DNA of 63,904 bases, counting the filler, from an uncultured Methanosarcinales archaeon (GTDB lineage Archaea; Nanobdellota; Nanobdellia; Woesearchaeales; CAYNLP01), in NCBI GenBank assembly GCA_964398115.1. It is 3 parts of 3 records of this genome, joined end to end, with 100 filler letters (N's around TTAATTAATTAA, not from the genome) between each part and the next. Parts side by side here need not be neighbours in the genome. Positions count along the whole stretch, not along the records: positions 1 to 24,146 come from CAYNLP010000014.1; positions 24,247 to 47,353 come from CAYNLP010000015.1; 1 more part is not named here. The stretch is one strand, 5' to 3'. Shown here piece after piece: positions 18,975 to 29,044 of the stretch. The notes below the pieces were generated by a model. It saw only the letters and a list, made by a program, of their open reading frames with translations. It searched no databases and was not told the DNA's origin. The position numbers and the translations under genes were made by a program. How positions within the stretch are numbered: the stretch's first letter is position 1; each line of letters opens with the position of its first letter.

Positions 18975-19586
18975 TTAGAAAGTTCCTGATTTCAAAAAAT
19001 TCTCAGCTTTCTCTAAAACTTCTCTATTACACATCATATATGTATGGTATTCATCAACAGTAAAGAAATCTTCCATACCCTCAAACTTTGTTTCCTCTAC
19101 GTAGACTTTACCATCAGAGTTTTCTAAATTAAATAAAGGCTTCAATAAGTATGCTTCTGGACGTTTGAAAGAAAAATTTTTAGTTCCAGCTATAACTCCT
19201 GTTTGATCAGGATATTCAGAAACTTCAAGTTTTAAGAAATCCCTATTAACTCTTAAAACTTTATTCAAGAAAGGCCAGTCTCTTAAAGATTCTAACACTC
19301 TACTACCTTGGTTGGGAGGTGCTAGTTGAACTACACGTTTAACTTTTTCAGAGTAATATTTGTAAAATTTATTCATGATGACAGCACCATAACTATGAGT
19401 TAAGAAATTACATTCTTCAATTGAATTATCAACGAGAAACTGAGAGAGATCATCAACAACTTCACCCCTGTTTTTTGCATAATCAACGGGGAAAAACTTC
19501 ACGTCATAATCTAAGAAATGTTCAAAAACTGACAGATATCTTCTTTTATTATAATTAAAACCTGGGATTATAACTAATTTTCTCAT
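18975..19586 (-). CDS. Alpha/beta hydrolase
   Basis: IIPGF oxyanion loop, THSYG nucleophile elbow, APPNQGS, SDGKV, His. Confidence 0.8.
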   Translation of the reverse strand: MRKLVIIPGFNYNKRRYLSVFEHFLDYDVKFFPVDYAKNRGEVVDDLSQFLVDNSIEECNFLTHSYGAVIMNKFYKYYSEKVKRVVQLAPPNQGSRVLESLRDWPFLNKVLRVNRDFLKLEVSEYPDQTGVIAGTKNFSFKRPEAYLLKPLFNLENSDGKVYVEETKFEGMEDFFTVDEYHTYMMCNREVLEKAENFLKSGTF

Positions 19587-21169
19587 CTTCTTTCCAGAGC
19601 GGATTCCACCAATCCATAAAATAATGGAGCTGGCTCTTCCAACTTACTCTTTAATTCAGGATGAGCTTGAGTACCGATAAAATAAGTATGATCGGGTAAT
19701 TCCATAAACTCTGCTAACTTACCATTAGGACTCATGCCAGAAAAAAACATGCCATTTTCTTCTAACACCTCATGATACTTAGTATTAACCTCGTAACGAT
19801 GCCTATGTCTTTCATCCACTCTTTCACTACCATATAACTGATATGCTAAACTACCTTTTTCTAAAATAGCAGGATAACTACCTAACCTCATAGTTCCTCC
19901 CTTCTTCTTAACTTCTTTCTGCTCAGGCATTATATCAATAACAGGATCAGTAGTGTTTTCATCAACTTCCTTTGTATGTGCGTCTTCCAAACCACAAACA
20001 TTCCTTGCAAATTCAACAACTGCTAATTGCATCCCATAACATATTCCAAGAAAAGGAAGATCATGTTCACGACAATACCTTATAGCATCTATCTTTCCTT
20101 CAATACCACGCGTCCCAAAACCTCCTGGTACTATCACACCATCTGCATCTTCTAAAGTTTCACTAAAATCAGGGTTTCCAGTAGTTTCCACCATTTCTAC
20201 ATTAACTTCCGTTTGGAAATGCGCTTCACAATGAGTCAAAGCTTCCAAAATACTATGGTAACTATCTCCTAAGTCAGTATACTTTCCACAAATAGCGATG
20301 TTAACCCTCTCTTCTGGATTTTCTAAATTATCTAGTAACTCCCGCCATCTCGTCCCATCCTCAGGAACGTCCACATTAAGATATTTTTCAACAATACTCG
20401 GCACTCCCTCTTTTTCAAACACCAACGGTATTTTGTAAACATTATCTACATTTTTCCCAGTTATTACAGCCTCTTTCTCCACGTCACAAAACAAAGCAAT
20501 CTTTTCCTTTACCTTATCCGTTAACATTTCTTCACAACGCCCAATTATCATGTCAGGCTCAATACCTCGTTCCCTCAATAACTGCACGCTTTGCTGAGTT
20601 GGCTTAGTCTTTTGTTCACCTATAGTTTCAGGAATAGGAACATAAGTCAAGTGAACATACATGACGTTTTCACGACCAACTTCTTGCTGTAACTGCCTAG
20701 CCGCTTCAATGTAAAGCTCGTTTTCAATATCCCCAACGGTACCACCAATTTCAATCAGAGTAATGTCACTATCTTCCTCTTCAGCAATGTCCTTCCACCA
20801 GTTTGTAATGTAATCCGTTACGTGTGGAATTAACTGGATGGTTTTACCAAGGTAATCCCCCTTTCTCTCCTTTTCAATAACACGCTGATACACCTTACCC
20901 ATTGTAAGGTTCCAGTCAAACTTACAAGTAACGTCTAAGAATCTTTCATAATGACCAAAATCCATGTCAACTTCTCCACCATCATCAAGAACAAAAACTT
21001 CACCATGCTCTATAGGATTCATAGTTCCCGGATCAGTGTTTAAGTAACCATCACACTTTATAGGAACGATGTCATAATTAGAACTAAGAAGTTTACCGAT
21101 AGAAGCGGCCGCGACTCCTTTACCTAAGCCACTAAGAACACCCCCTGTTACTACCATGAATTTCTTCAT
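19583..21169 (-). CDS. pyrG: CTP synthase
   Basis: GGVLSGLGKG, KTKPTQ, GICYGMQ, ERHRHRYE, HPE. Confidence 0.98.
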   Translation of the reverse strand: MKKFMVVTGGVLSGLGKGVAAASIGKLLSSNYDIVPIKCDGYLNTDPGTMNPIEHGEVFVLDDGGEVDMDFGHYERFLDVTCKFDWNLTMGKVYQRVIEKERKGDYLGKTIQLIPHVTDYITNWWKDIAEEEDSDITLIEIGGTVGDIENELYIEAARQLQQEVGRENVMYVHLTYVPIPETIGEQKTKPTQQSVQLLRERGIEPDMIIGRCEEMLTDKVKEKIALFCDVEKEAVITGKNVDNVYKIPLVFEKEGVPSIVEKYLNVDVPEDGTRWRELLDNLENPEERVNIAICGKYTDLGDSYHSILEALTHCEAHFQTEVNVEMVETTGNPDFSETLEDADGVIVPGGFGTRGIEGKIDAIRYCREHDLPFLGICYGMQLAVVEFARNVCGLEDAHTKEVDENTTDPVIDIMPEQKEVKKKGGTMRLGSYPAILEKGSLAYQLYGSERVDERHRHRYEVNTKYHEVLEENGMFFSGMSPNGKLAEFMELPDHTYFIGTQAHPELKSKLEEPAPLFYGLVESALERR

Positions 21170-21223
21170 GGAATAAAGAGTAGAAAAAAGAGCTATTTAA
21201 AATTTGTTATATACACTATATTC

Positions 21224-21790
21224 TCAGAAGAAAATCTGGAATAAATTCTCGTAAAAACTGAAACCGTCAAAACCTGGAATAGGTAACATGTTTAATATTA
21301 ATAAGAACTTATTAATCTGCATTGTTAGAATCCAGAACCTTTTTCTTTTCTTCTTTATCATACGCGCTTTATCCAAGTAATACTTAGGCCCTAACCAAAA
21401 CAACAAGTGTATGAGAGGGCCTGCCACTGCAACCAAAGCAAATTGAAGATTAGTCCCAGCACCAGAGATAGCCACATAACCCGGGACGAAGAAAATAAAT
21501 CCAAAATTCATAACTTTCAAAAGAACTCCTATACCTAACCAAGTCAAAGCAGCGTGAAAGGTAGCTTCCAAGCCAAAACCCATCGCTACGAACTTATGAG
21601 CCATCTCATGTAAGATAATACTAGGAGCTACTACCGCACAAGCATACCAGAAATCATCCCAGTTAAAACTCCTATTTGTTGCAAACTCTAGAGGGTTCTG
21701 ACCTCTCTTGAAAGTATCTTTAAAGATGAAGCCAAGAGCGGCTGTCATAATAACCAAATCAATAAATTCAGCCAATGTGAAAAACGCCAT
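21224..21790 (-). CDS. M50 site-2 intramembrane metalloprotease
   Basis: HEMAH, AGP, NMLPIPGFDG, several TM segments. Confidence 0.88.
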   Translation of the reverse strand: MAFFTLAEFIDLVIMTAALGFIFKDTFKRGQNPLEFATNRSFNWDDFWYACAVVAPSIILHEMAHKFVAMGFGLEATFHAALTWLGIGVLLKVMNFGFIFFVPGYVAISGAGTNLQFALVAVAGPLIHLLFWLGPKYYLDKARMIKKKRKRFWILTMQINKFLLILNMLPIPGFDGFSFYENLFQIFF

Positions 21791-21823
21791 ATTCCAGAAA
21801 AACAATTTACTTGTTTAAAACAT

Positions 21824-22375
21824 TTACGTGTCGCAAAAGTTTTTGATAACTTTCTTACCGGATTCACCACTAACTTCGGGATGGAACTGCACGCCGTAAA
21901 TATCCTTTTCTACATGCTTCATAGCTTCCACCTCTGCATCCTCACTAGTCCCCAAATGCTGGAAATTATCTGGAAGGGTAACTCTTTCTTCGTGGTCTTG
22001 AGCCATAGTCGTAGTTTGTTCTAAACCATGGAAGAGCCTACTATCACTTAAAAACCTGATATCAATAGTATCTTGGATTTCCTCACCATTTTTCACTTCC
22101 CCACCAAATAAAGCACTCAATATTTGATGTCCGAAACAAATACCAAGAACTGGCTTGTCCCAGTTTTTCAAGAATTGAAACGGTTCTAAGTACTCTTCTA
22201 AATCTTCCTCACTTAGCAACTTTGGTGATCCTGAAATTATAACTTTAGAATACTTATCTATATCTTCAGAAAGTAGATTTTTAGGTTTTTTAACTTCGTG
22301 CTTCATCCCTAATTGCTCAAGTATCTCCTCAATTTTAGGTGTATGAACGCTGCCACAATCAACTAGTAAAAGCAT
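21824..22375 (-). CDS. Class I glutamine amidotransferase (GMP synthase subunit A-like)
   Basis: GICFGHQ, GVQFHPE. Confidence 0.85.
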   Translation of the reverse strand: MLLLVDCGSVHTPKIEEILEQLGMKHEVKKPKNLLSEDIDKYSKVIISGSPKLLSEEDLEEYLEPFQFLKNWDKPVLGICFGHQILSALFGGEVKNGEEIQDTIDIRFLSDSRLFHGLEQTTTMAQDHEERVTLPDNFQHLGTSEDAEVEAMKHVEKDIYGVQFHPEVSGESGKKVIKNFCDT

Positions 22376-22448
22376 TAATAATATTACTCAAGTAATCACT
22401 TATAAGATTATCGATAATTTTATATATTAAAAGCTGGTTATTAATGTA

Positions 22449-22700
22449 TTGATGGAGGGAGAAACCTTAGGAATTTTAGCTCGGCAAACTGCCAGAGAAC
22501 ATTCTACCGTTTCTCAAGAGTCTGGTTATATGAGAGAACTGCGTGAAGCGATTAGAGATGTCAAGGAAAATCCTAGTGTAGTTTTAGATTATATGAGAGA
22601 TAGTGTAAGAGTTGCTCTGAATTCAGATGGAGAAAAAGAAGTACCTAATGACAGATTAGGTATTGGAATGGGTGTTGCTGGTAGCTTTGACGAGTATTAA
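22449..22700 (+). CDS. Hypothetical protein
   Basis: 83 aa ORF filling intergenic gap. Confidence 0.5.
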   Translation: MMEGETLGILARQTAREHSTVSQESGYMRELREAIRDVKENPSVVLDYMRDSVRVALNSDGEKEVPNDRLGIGMGVAGSFDEY

Positions 22701-22845
22701 AGAAAACTTTAAATAAAACAGTTTTATTCTATTTTCTTAGGATGATTAATGCAACACGTGATGTGGACAGCAACGAGCTGTTTTCTATTATTCAATAATA
22801 CGGCCAGTGACTTCTGGCTTTGCAAAAAACAAAGGTTAGAATAAA

Positions 22846-24146
22846 ATGTATGACGTTGAAAAAGTCGAAAAGGAAGCACAAGAATTTTGGGAAGATATAA
22901 ACTTACTTGAAAAAATACAGGAGAAAAACGAAGATGGAGAACCTTATTTCTTGCTTGATGGCCCGCCATATGCGAATTACGTCCCACACGCAGGTCACAT
23001 GAAAACCACTTTGATCAAAGACTTATACATAAGACTTGCTATGATGAAGGGTCATGACGTCTGGTTCCAACCAGGATTTGACACTCACGGCCTACCGATT
23101 GAAAACATGGTAGAAAAGGAATTAGAACTGGAAAGCAAGAAAGATATTGAAGAACTAGGAATTCAAACATTCATAAAGAAATGCAGAGAAAGCGCGGTTA
23201 AGAACAAAAACTTATGGCTTGATTACTATGATCGATTTGGGGTGTGGTATAGTTGGAAAGAACCATATCTGACACTCAACAATTCATACCTTGAAAGTGC
23301 TTGGTGGGCTTTCAAAGAAATGTGGGATAAAGGAATGGTATATGAAGGAAAGAAACCAGTACACTGGTGTCCTCACTGCCAAACAGCACTTGCAGGTTAC
23401 GAAGTGACAGACAGTTATAAACAAGTCACTGACCCAGGTGTTTATATAAAGTTTAAGTTGAAAGAAAAAGATGCTTATATAGTTGCGTTTACAACGACTC
23501 CTTGGACGCTACCCAGCAACACCGTTATATGCGTGGCACAAGATGAAGATTATGTAGAAGTTGAAAGCGAAGAAGGTAACTTAATCATCGCTAAGAATAG
23601 ATTAGAATTACTTGACGATTTCGAAATTGATTACGAAGTCAAACGAGAATTCAAAGGAAGTGAACTAGTCGGAGAAGAATATGAACCATTACTAGATGTC
23701 CCGGTACAAGAAGAATTGAAGAAAAATCCGAAAGCTTTGAAGATTTACGAATCTATTCCAATACTGAAAGAAAGAGGAGCAAGTAAAGTTAGTGACAAAG
23801 AAGACGTTCATGAAGATTTTGTGAGTGTTGAAGAAGGAACTGGTTTTGTACATACTGCTCCAGGACATGGAAAGAGTGACAACGAAGTTGGGAAATATTA
23901 TGAACTGCCCAGTCCAAGCCCATTAGATGATGCTTGTAAATTCACTGAAGATGCAGGTATGTGGGCAGGGGAATTTGTCAAAGATGCTGATCATGACATT
24001 GCTGACCACCTGCATAAACAAGGTAAATTGTTGAAATATGAAAAAGTAACGCACCAATACCCATTGTGTTGGAGATGCAAAAATCCCCTTATATTCAGAT
24101 TAAGTAATCAATGGTTCTTGAAAGTCGACGCTGTAAAAGACTTAAT
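22846..24146 (+). CDS. ileS: Isoleucyl-tRNA synthetase, truncated by gap
   Basis: DGPPYAN..HAGH, GFDTHGLPIE, TTTPWTLP, GTGFVHTAPGHG, YPLCWRC. Confidence 0.95.
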
Positions 24147-24246
24147 NNNNNNNNNNNNNNNNNNNNNNNNNNNNNNNNNNNNNNNNNNNNTTAATTAATT
24201 AANNNNNNNNNNNNNNNNNNNNNNNNNNNNNNNNNNNNNNNNNNNN
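24147..24246. other. Assembly gap / contig-joining linker
   Basis: N-run + TTAATTAATTAA + N-run. Confidence 0.98.
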
Positions 24247-26250
24247 CGGGATGAAGATGATGTTGAGGGGACGGTTGATAAGTTAGTTGATCATATCAAG
24301 GATATTTCTGGCAAGGTCAACACTGATACTATTGTATTATATCCGTACGTTCATTTGACGAGCGATCCTGGCAGTCCGGAAACCGCGGTTGATGTTTTGA
24401 ACATGGCAGAAGAAAAGTTGTCAGATTTTACTGTTAAGAGGAGTCCTTTCGGTTGGTATAAAGCGTTTGAAATTGATGTTAAAGGACACCCATTGGCAGA
24501 GCTTAGTAGAGAGTTTGGTCCTGAAAAGAAGAAGGAAAAGGGTGTTTCTGAGGAAGAGTTTGAGTTTAAAGATGAAAGTTTGAGTGATGAGGAAAGGGTT
24601 AAGCTTAGTACTTCCGTGGTTGTGGCGAAAGCGGTTAAGGAGTTGTTCCCGGAAGCGGAAGTGGGGAGTTTTGACTTTTATCATGATCAAAGTTTTGTAG
24701 ATGTTTCTGGCATTACTTTGAACGAGGATCATATCAATCAGATTGAGAAGAGAGTTCAGGAAATTATTGATAAGGATTTAAGTTTTGAAAGAGTGGATGA
24801 CGTTGAGGGTAAGTGGCAGGAGGAAATAGCTAGTGATATTGATGAGATTTATCCTTATGAGCTTGATGGTCTTACCGTTGTTCCTTTATACTCGGATGCT
24901 TTTGTTGATAGCACTGGCGATGTTGGTGCTTTCAAAATTTTGCATTTGGCGAGTGCTTATTGGAGGGGTAGTAGTAAAAACCCTCAGCTTAACAGGGTTT
25001 ACAGTGTTGGTTTCGAAACAGAGGAAGAGTTGGAAAGTTATGTTGAGAGGAGGGAGGAAGCGGAGCGTAGAAGTCATGTAAACTTGGGTAAAGAGTTGGA
25101 TTTGTTCTTCAATCATGACTCTAGTCCGGGTAGTCCGTTTTTCATGCCGAAAGGCACTGTTGTTTTGAACGAGTTAGAAGATTTCTTCCGAGAAATTTAT
25201 TTTGAAGAGGGTTATAAAGAGGTTAGGACTCCTACAATTTACAGTAATGATTTGTGGAAGAAGAGTGGTCATTGGGATCATTACAAGGATGACATGTTTT
25301 TCATAGAAGGTGAGGATTTGGCTATGAAGCCGATGAATTGTCCTAGTCATTGTATAATATATAAGAGAGGTATGAAGAGTTATCGTGACTTGCCTTTGCG
25401 GTATGCTGATTTTGGCATTTTGCACCGTAACGAGTTAAGTGGTACTTTGCACGGGCTTACAAGGGTTAGGAAGTTCCAGCAGGATGACGCTCACGTTTTC
25501 TGCACTAAGGATCAGATGAGAGATGAGATTATGAAGTTGATTGACTTGGTTGATAGGGTTTATAGCGTTTTTGGATTGGATGACTTCCATATTGAGTTGA
25601 GTACGAGGCCGGATGACTTTATGGGTAGTGAGAGTTTGTGGGATGAAGCGGAAGGTGCTTTGAAGCAAGCTTTGCGTGATGGCGGTAATGATTTTAGTGT
25701 TAACGAGGGTGATGGCGCGTTTTATGGTCCGAAGATTGATTTTCACATAACTGATAGTTTGGATAGGAGTTGGCAGTTGGGCACTATCCAGTTGGATTTC
25801 CAAATGCCTGAAAATTTTGACTTAACTTATGAAGGTAGTGACGGCCAGCCTCACAAGCCGGTTATGATTCATAGGGCTATCCTTGGCAGTTTGGAAAGGT
25901 TCTTTGGTATTTTGATTGAACATACTGAGGGGAACTTGCCTTTGTGGTTGAGTCCGGAACAGGTTAGGATTTTGACTATTGCGGATAGGCATAAAGAATT
26001 TGCTAGGGATGTAGCGGCTCGTTTGAAGAGTCATGATGTCAGGGTTAGCGTGGATGATCGGATGGAGAGTGTTGGTAAAAAGGTTCACGATGCTCAAGAG
26101 GATAAGGTTAATTACGTGTTGACAGTGGGGGATGACGAGGTTGAAAGTCAAACTTTGGCGGTTCGTGATCGTAGTGGTGACGTGGAGCATGGTGTTGAAA
26201 TTGATAGTTTTATAGAAAAGGTTTTGAGAGAAATAGAAAATAGGGAATAA
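24247..26250 (+). CDS. thrS: Threonyl-tRNA synthetase (5' truncated): archaeal editing domain fused to bacterial-type core
   Basis: YPYVHL..PFGWYKAF..KGHPLAELSR, then KPMNCP, RVRKFQQDDAH, GAFYGPKID, IHRAILGS. Confidence 0.95.
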   Translation, partial: RDEDDVEGTVDKLVDHIKDISGKVNTDTIVLYPYVHLTSDPGSPETAVDVLNMAEEKLSDFTVKRSPFGWYKAFEIDVKGHPLAELSREFGPEKKKEKGVSEEEFEFKDESLSDEERVKLSTSVVVAKAVKELFPEAEVGSFDFYHDQSFVDVSGITLNEDHINQIEKRVQEIIDKDLSFERVDDVEGKWQEEIASDIDEIYPYELDGLTVVPLYSDAFVDSTGDVGAFKILHLASAYWRGSSKNPQLNRVYSVGFETEEELESYVERREEAERRSHVNLGKELDLFFNHDSSPGSPFFMPKGTVVLNELEDFFREIYFEEGYKEVRTPTIYSNDLWKKSGHWDHYKDDMFFIEGEDLAMKPMNCPSHCIIYKRGMKSYRDLPLRYADFGILHRNELSGTLHGLTRVRKFQQDDAHVFCTKDQMRDEIMKLIDLVDRVYSVFGLDDFHIELSTRPDDFMGSESLWDEAEGALKQALRDGGNDFSVNEGDGAFYGPKIDFHITDSLDRSWQLGTIQLDFQMPENFDLTYEGSDGQPHKPVMIHRAILGSLERFFGILIEHTEGNLPLWLSPEQVRILTIADRHKEFARDVAARLKSHDVRVSVDDRMESVGKKVHDAQEDKVNYVLTVGDDEVESQTLAVRDRSGDVEHGVEIDSFIEKVLREIENRE

Positions 26251-26252
26251 TT

Positions 26253-26453
26253 TTATTCTTCTTCGTCGTCTTCGAAGGCTTCTAGGTATTCTTCGTCGTC
26301 TACTTGTTCTTTCTTTTCGTCTTCTTCGTCGGTAGTTTCTTCGTCGTAGCCTTGCATGAATGCTTCTTCTTCTGGGTCCATCTCATCGTCTTCTACGAGT
26401 TTTTCTCTGCCTTCGTCTTCGTAAACGTCTGCTTCTTCATCTTCAAATGCCAT
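26253..26453 (-). CDS. Very acidic small protein
   Basis: MAFEDEEADVYEDEGREKLVEDDEMDPEEEAFMQGY... Confidence 0.7.
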   Translation of the reverse strand: MAFEDEEADVYEDEGREKLVEDDEMDPEEEAFMQGYDEETTDEEDEKKEQVDDEEYLEAFEDDEEE

Positions 26454-26534
26454 ATTCAAAAGAATATCCAAATATGCTTTTAAAGGTTTCGTTACAAATA
26501 TTTTTATAATTTCAAAACTAAGATTTTTGCTTAT

Positions 26535-27266
26535 ATGGAGAAGGAGAAGGTTTTGCAAGAGTTAGGGTTGAGTAAGAATGAGACAAAAGTTTATCTCGCC
26601 TTGTTAGAAATGGGAGAAAGCACTGCAGGGGAGGTTAGTAAAGAAGCTGGAGTTCACCGTGCAAATGTTTATGACAGTTTGAAAAGACTTAAAGAAAAAG
26701 GTTTTGTGGGGAGTATAAAGAAGCAAGGCACTAAGTATTTCTCAGCAAGTGATCCAGAAAGCTTACGGCGTTTTGTGAAGCAGAAAGAGAAAAAGTTGGA
26801 TCAGATAATGCCCGAGCTTAACCTTTCAAAAAGTATGAGTTCGGAGAGGGAAGCTTCTGTCCATACAGGGATAAGGTCAGCCAGGAAATTGCTTTTGAAC
26901 TTACTCAAATATGAGGAACCTATCTTGGTTTATGGAGTTCCGGAGCAAGCGCCGGATATGTTGAAGAATTGGACTGATAAGTTTCATAAGGAAAGGATTA
27001 GTAAAGAGATTAGGATGGATCACATTTATAATTTTGAAGCTAAGGACAGGATGAAGTATTTGAATAGTATGGATTATACTCAGGCCAAGCATTTATCTCA
27101 AGAATATAGTAGTCCTGTCGCGACGAATATTTGCGGTCCAGAAGTTGTTTTGATATTGTATAAGGAACCTGTTTTTTCTGTGCGGATTGTTTCGAAAGAA
27201 ATAGCAGAAGCTTATCGTAAATATTTCAAATTGTTGTGGGATATGGGTGAAGACATTGAAGACTAG
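26535..27266 (+). CDS. TrmB-family transcriptional regulator
   Basis: LGLSKNETKVYLALL..HRANVYDSL wHTH plus C-terminal effector domain. Confidence 0.88.
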   Translation: MEKEKVLQELGLSKNETKVYLALLEMGESTAGEVSKEAGVHRANVYDSLKRLKEKGFVGSIKKQGTKYFSASDPESLRRFVKQKEKKLDQIMPELNLSKSMSSEREASVHTGIRSARKLLLNLLKYEEPILVYGVPEQAPDMLKNWTDKFHKERISKEIRMDHIYNFEAKDRMKYLNSMDYTQAKHLSQEYSSPVATNICGPEVVLILYKEPVFSVRIVSKEIAEAYRKYFKLLWDMGEDIED

Positions 27267-29044
27267 TTGCTTGTGTAATCATCTACTTCAGAATATATTT
27301 CGTTTAAGGTTTGTTGCATGTCAGGAGTGAGTACGTGGGCTAAGGCGCCAGAGTTTTCGAGTTTTTCAACTCCTCTACCCAGCCCACCTACAAACTCCCT
27401 CTCCCGTGGACTTTGGGGTGAATCTAATGTTCTAAGTTCATGTAAAAATCGATTCAACCTTCCTTCATAGGTTTCATCGTGTTCTCCCATCAAAGCGTTT
27501 TTCAAACTAACATGTTCAGTGGTTGGAGAACTTGGCAAGTTTTGAACATAATCTGTCAGTAAGAAGGAATCATCGACTTCTGCATTGTTTCGTTTCTTAC
27601 TTGCTTTTTCTTCAAAGCTTGCTGCCAAATCAGTAAGGTAAGGGTTTTCTAGTTCTTCTCTAAATCGTTCCGGATTGATCTCTCTAGGTGTTTTGCCTTC
27701 CAATCCTAGATGTGCTGATTTTATCTCTTGGTATTTTCCAATAACGTTTCTGTATTTATCCCTGTTTTCACGAGCTCTTTTTAAAAGATTTTCTGAGCTT
27801 TCCGCAACGTCCTCTTCACCTAATAACGTTAAAGCCTGAGTTATATCTTCTAAATTGCGTTCTACATCATCTAGTCTAGTTACGTAATCGGTAACTTCTT
27901 GAATGTCATCAGGGCTGGAATCAAGTAAATTTTTAATCTCGTTTAAGTCACGCCTTGCACAGGTAGTTACTTTATCTTTTCTCTTTTCATATTTACTTTC
28001 TAATATTTGTCGTAGTTTTCTAACTTCATCCCTCTTGTTTTGGAATTTTTCTCCTTCTACATCGTCTTGTGTTAATCTCTCTAATTCGGAAACCTTTGAT
28101 GTGGTTGTTATTTCTGAAATGTTTTTTGAGAAGTATCGGTCGAAGTTTTTAACTGCATGTTCTAATCTTTGTTTTTCTTCTATCACCTTTTCTCTTTGTT
28201 CCTGCAGTTCCTGGTAGTTGTTTAAGTCGTGGTGTAATTCATGGAGGAGTCCTTTTGCTTTCTCCTTTGTTTCAGGATGTGTGAATGCTTTGTGATCGAG
28301 GAAGAATCCTCTATGCATTTTTTCCACTAGCGAGGGTTGGTATTTTTGTTCTAACTGTTCGAGTTCTTTTTTGGACTCCTCCGCTCTTTGTAAGAAGTTT
28401 CGTATGTCTTGTTTGTCTTGAATGTCTTCGTGATAGTATCTATCAGTTAGGGATTCTAATGATTCCTGGATTTCTTCTGCTTGTGAATTGAATTCAAGAT
28501 AGTCATTTATGTGATGCCAGTTTTTGTCTCTTGGAGTTTCTTTCTTTGATTCCCCTAGTCTTTTGCATAAGCCGGCAACTCTTGTTAGTTGATCTCTCCT
28601 GGCTTTGCCTTCATCATATAATTTGTATTTTTCTTGGAACTCTTGATATCCTTTATGTACTAATAGTTTTCTCGCTCCTTCGTCATACCGGTCAGAAATA
28701 TCTTTTAATCTTTCAGCCCATTTTTCTTCAATACTTTTCCCGCTTTTTTGAGATATTCTTTTTAATTCAGAGAATAAGTCTTCGTCGAATCTCCCTTCAT
28801 CCAAGTTATAGATGGATTGTGATAGTTTGCTTTTTTCAACTAAGTTTTGTATTTTGTTTCCATATTGAACTACTTGTTCTATTCTTTCATTAGTAAAAGG
28901 AGTTTGTGGTATTCTTTGTGTTTTTGAAACATGTCTTCTGTATTTTTCTTCCGCTTTAGGACTTCCTATGAATTGTTTAATTTCTTTCCATCTCTGGGTT
29001 TGCTTTTCTGCGTATCGGCTTATTTCTTCATCTGTTAAAGTCAT
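27263..29044 (-). CDS. Large helical/coiled-coil hypothetical protein
   Basis: 593 aa ORF, last gene of operon, GGTGA SD. Confidence 0.75.
   Translation of the reverse strand: MTLTDEEISRYAEKQTQRWKEIKQFIGSPKAEEKYRRHVSKTQRIPQTPFTNERIEQVVQYGNKIQNLVEKSKLSQSIYNLDEGRFDEDLFSELKRISQKSGKSIEEKWAERLKDISDRYDEGARKLLVHKGYQEFQEKYKLYDEGKARRDQLTRVAGLCKRLGESKKETPRDKNWHHINDYLEFNSQAEEIQESLESLTDRYYHEDIQDKQDIRNFLQRAEESKKELEQLEQKYQPSLVEKMHRGFFLDHKAFTHPETKEKAKGLLHELHHDLNNYQELQEQREKVIEEKQRLEHAVKNFDRYFSKNISEITTTSKVSELERLTQDDVEGEKFQNKRDEVRKLRQILESKYEKRKDKVTTCARRDLNEIKNLLDSSPDDIQEVTDYVTRLDDVERNLEDITQALTLLGEEDVAESSENLLKRARENRDKYRNVIGKYQEIKSAHLGLEGKTPREINPERFREELENPYLTDLAASFEEKASKKRNNAEVDDSFLLTDYVQNLPSSPTTEHVSLKNALMGEHDETYEGRLNRFLHELRTLDSPQSPREREFVGGLGRGVEKLENSGALAHVLTPDMQQTLNEIYSEVDDYTSN

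Noticed and set aside
24147..24246. TTAATTAATTAA palindrome inside N-runs (also 47354-47453)
   Set aside because: Artificial all-frame-stop contig linker; ileS/thrS and beta-helix/cdc6 adjacencies and truncations are not biological
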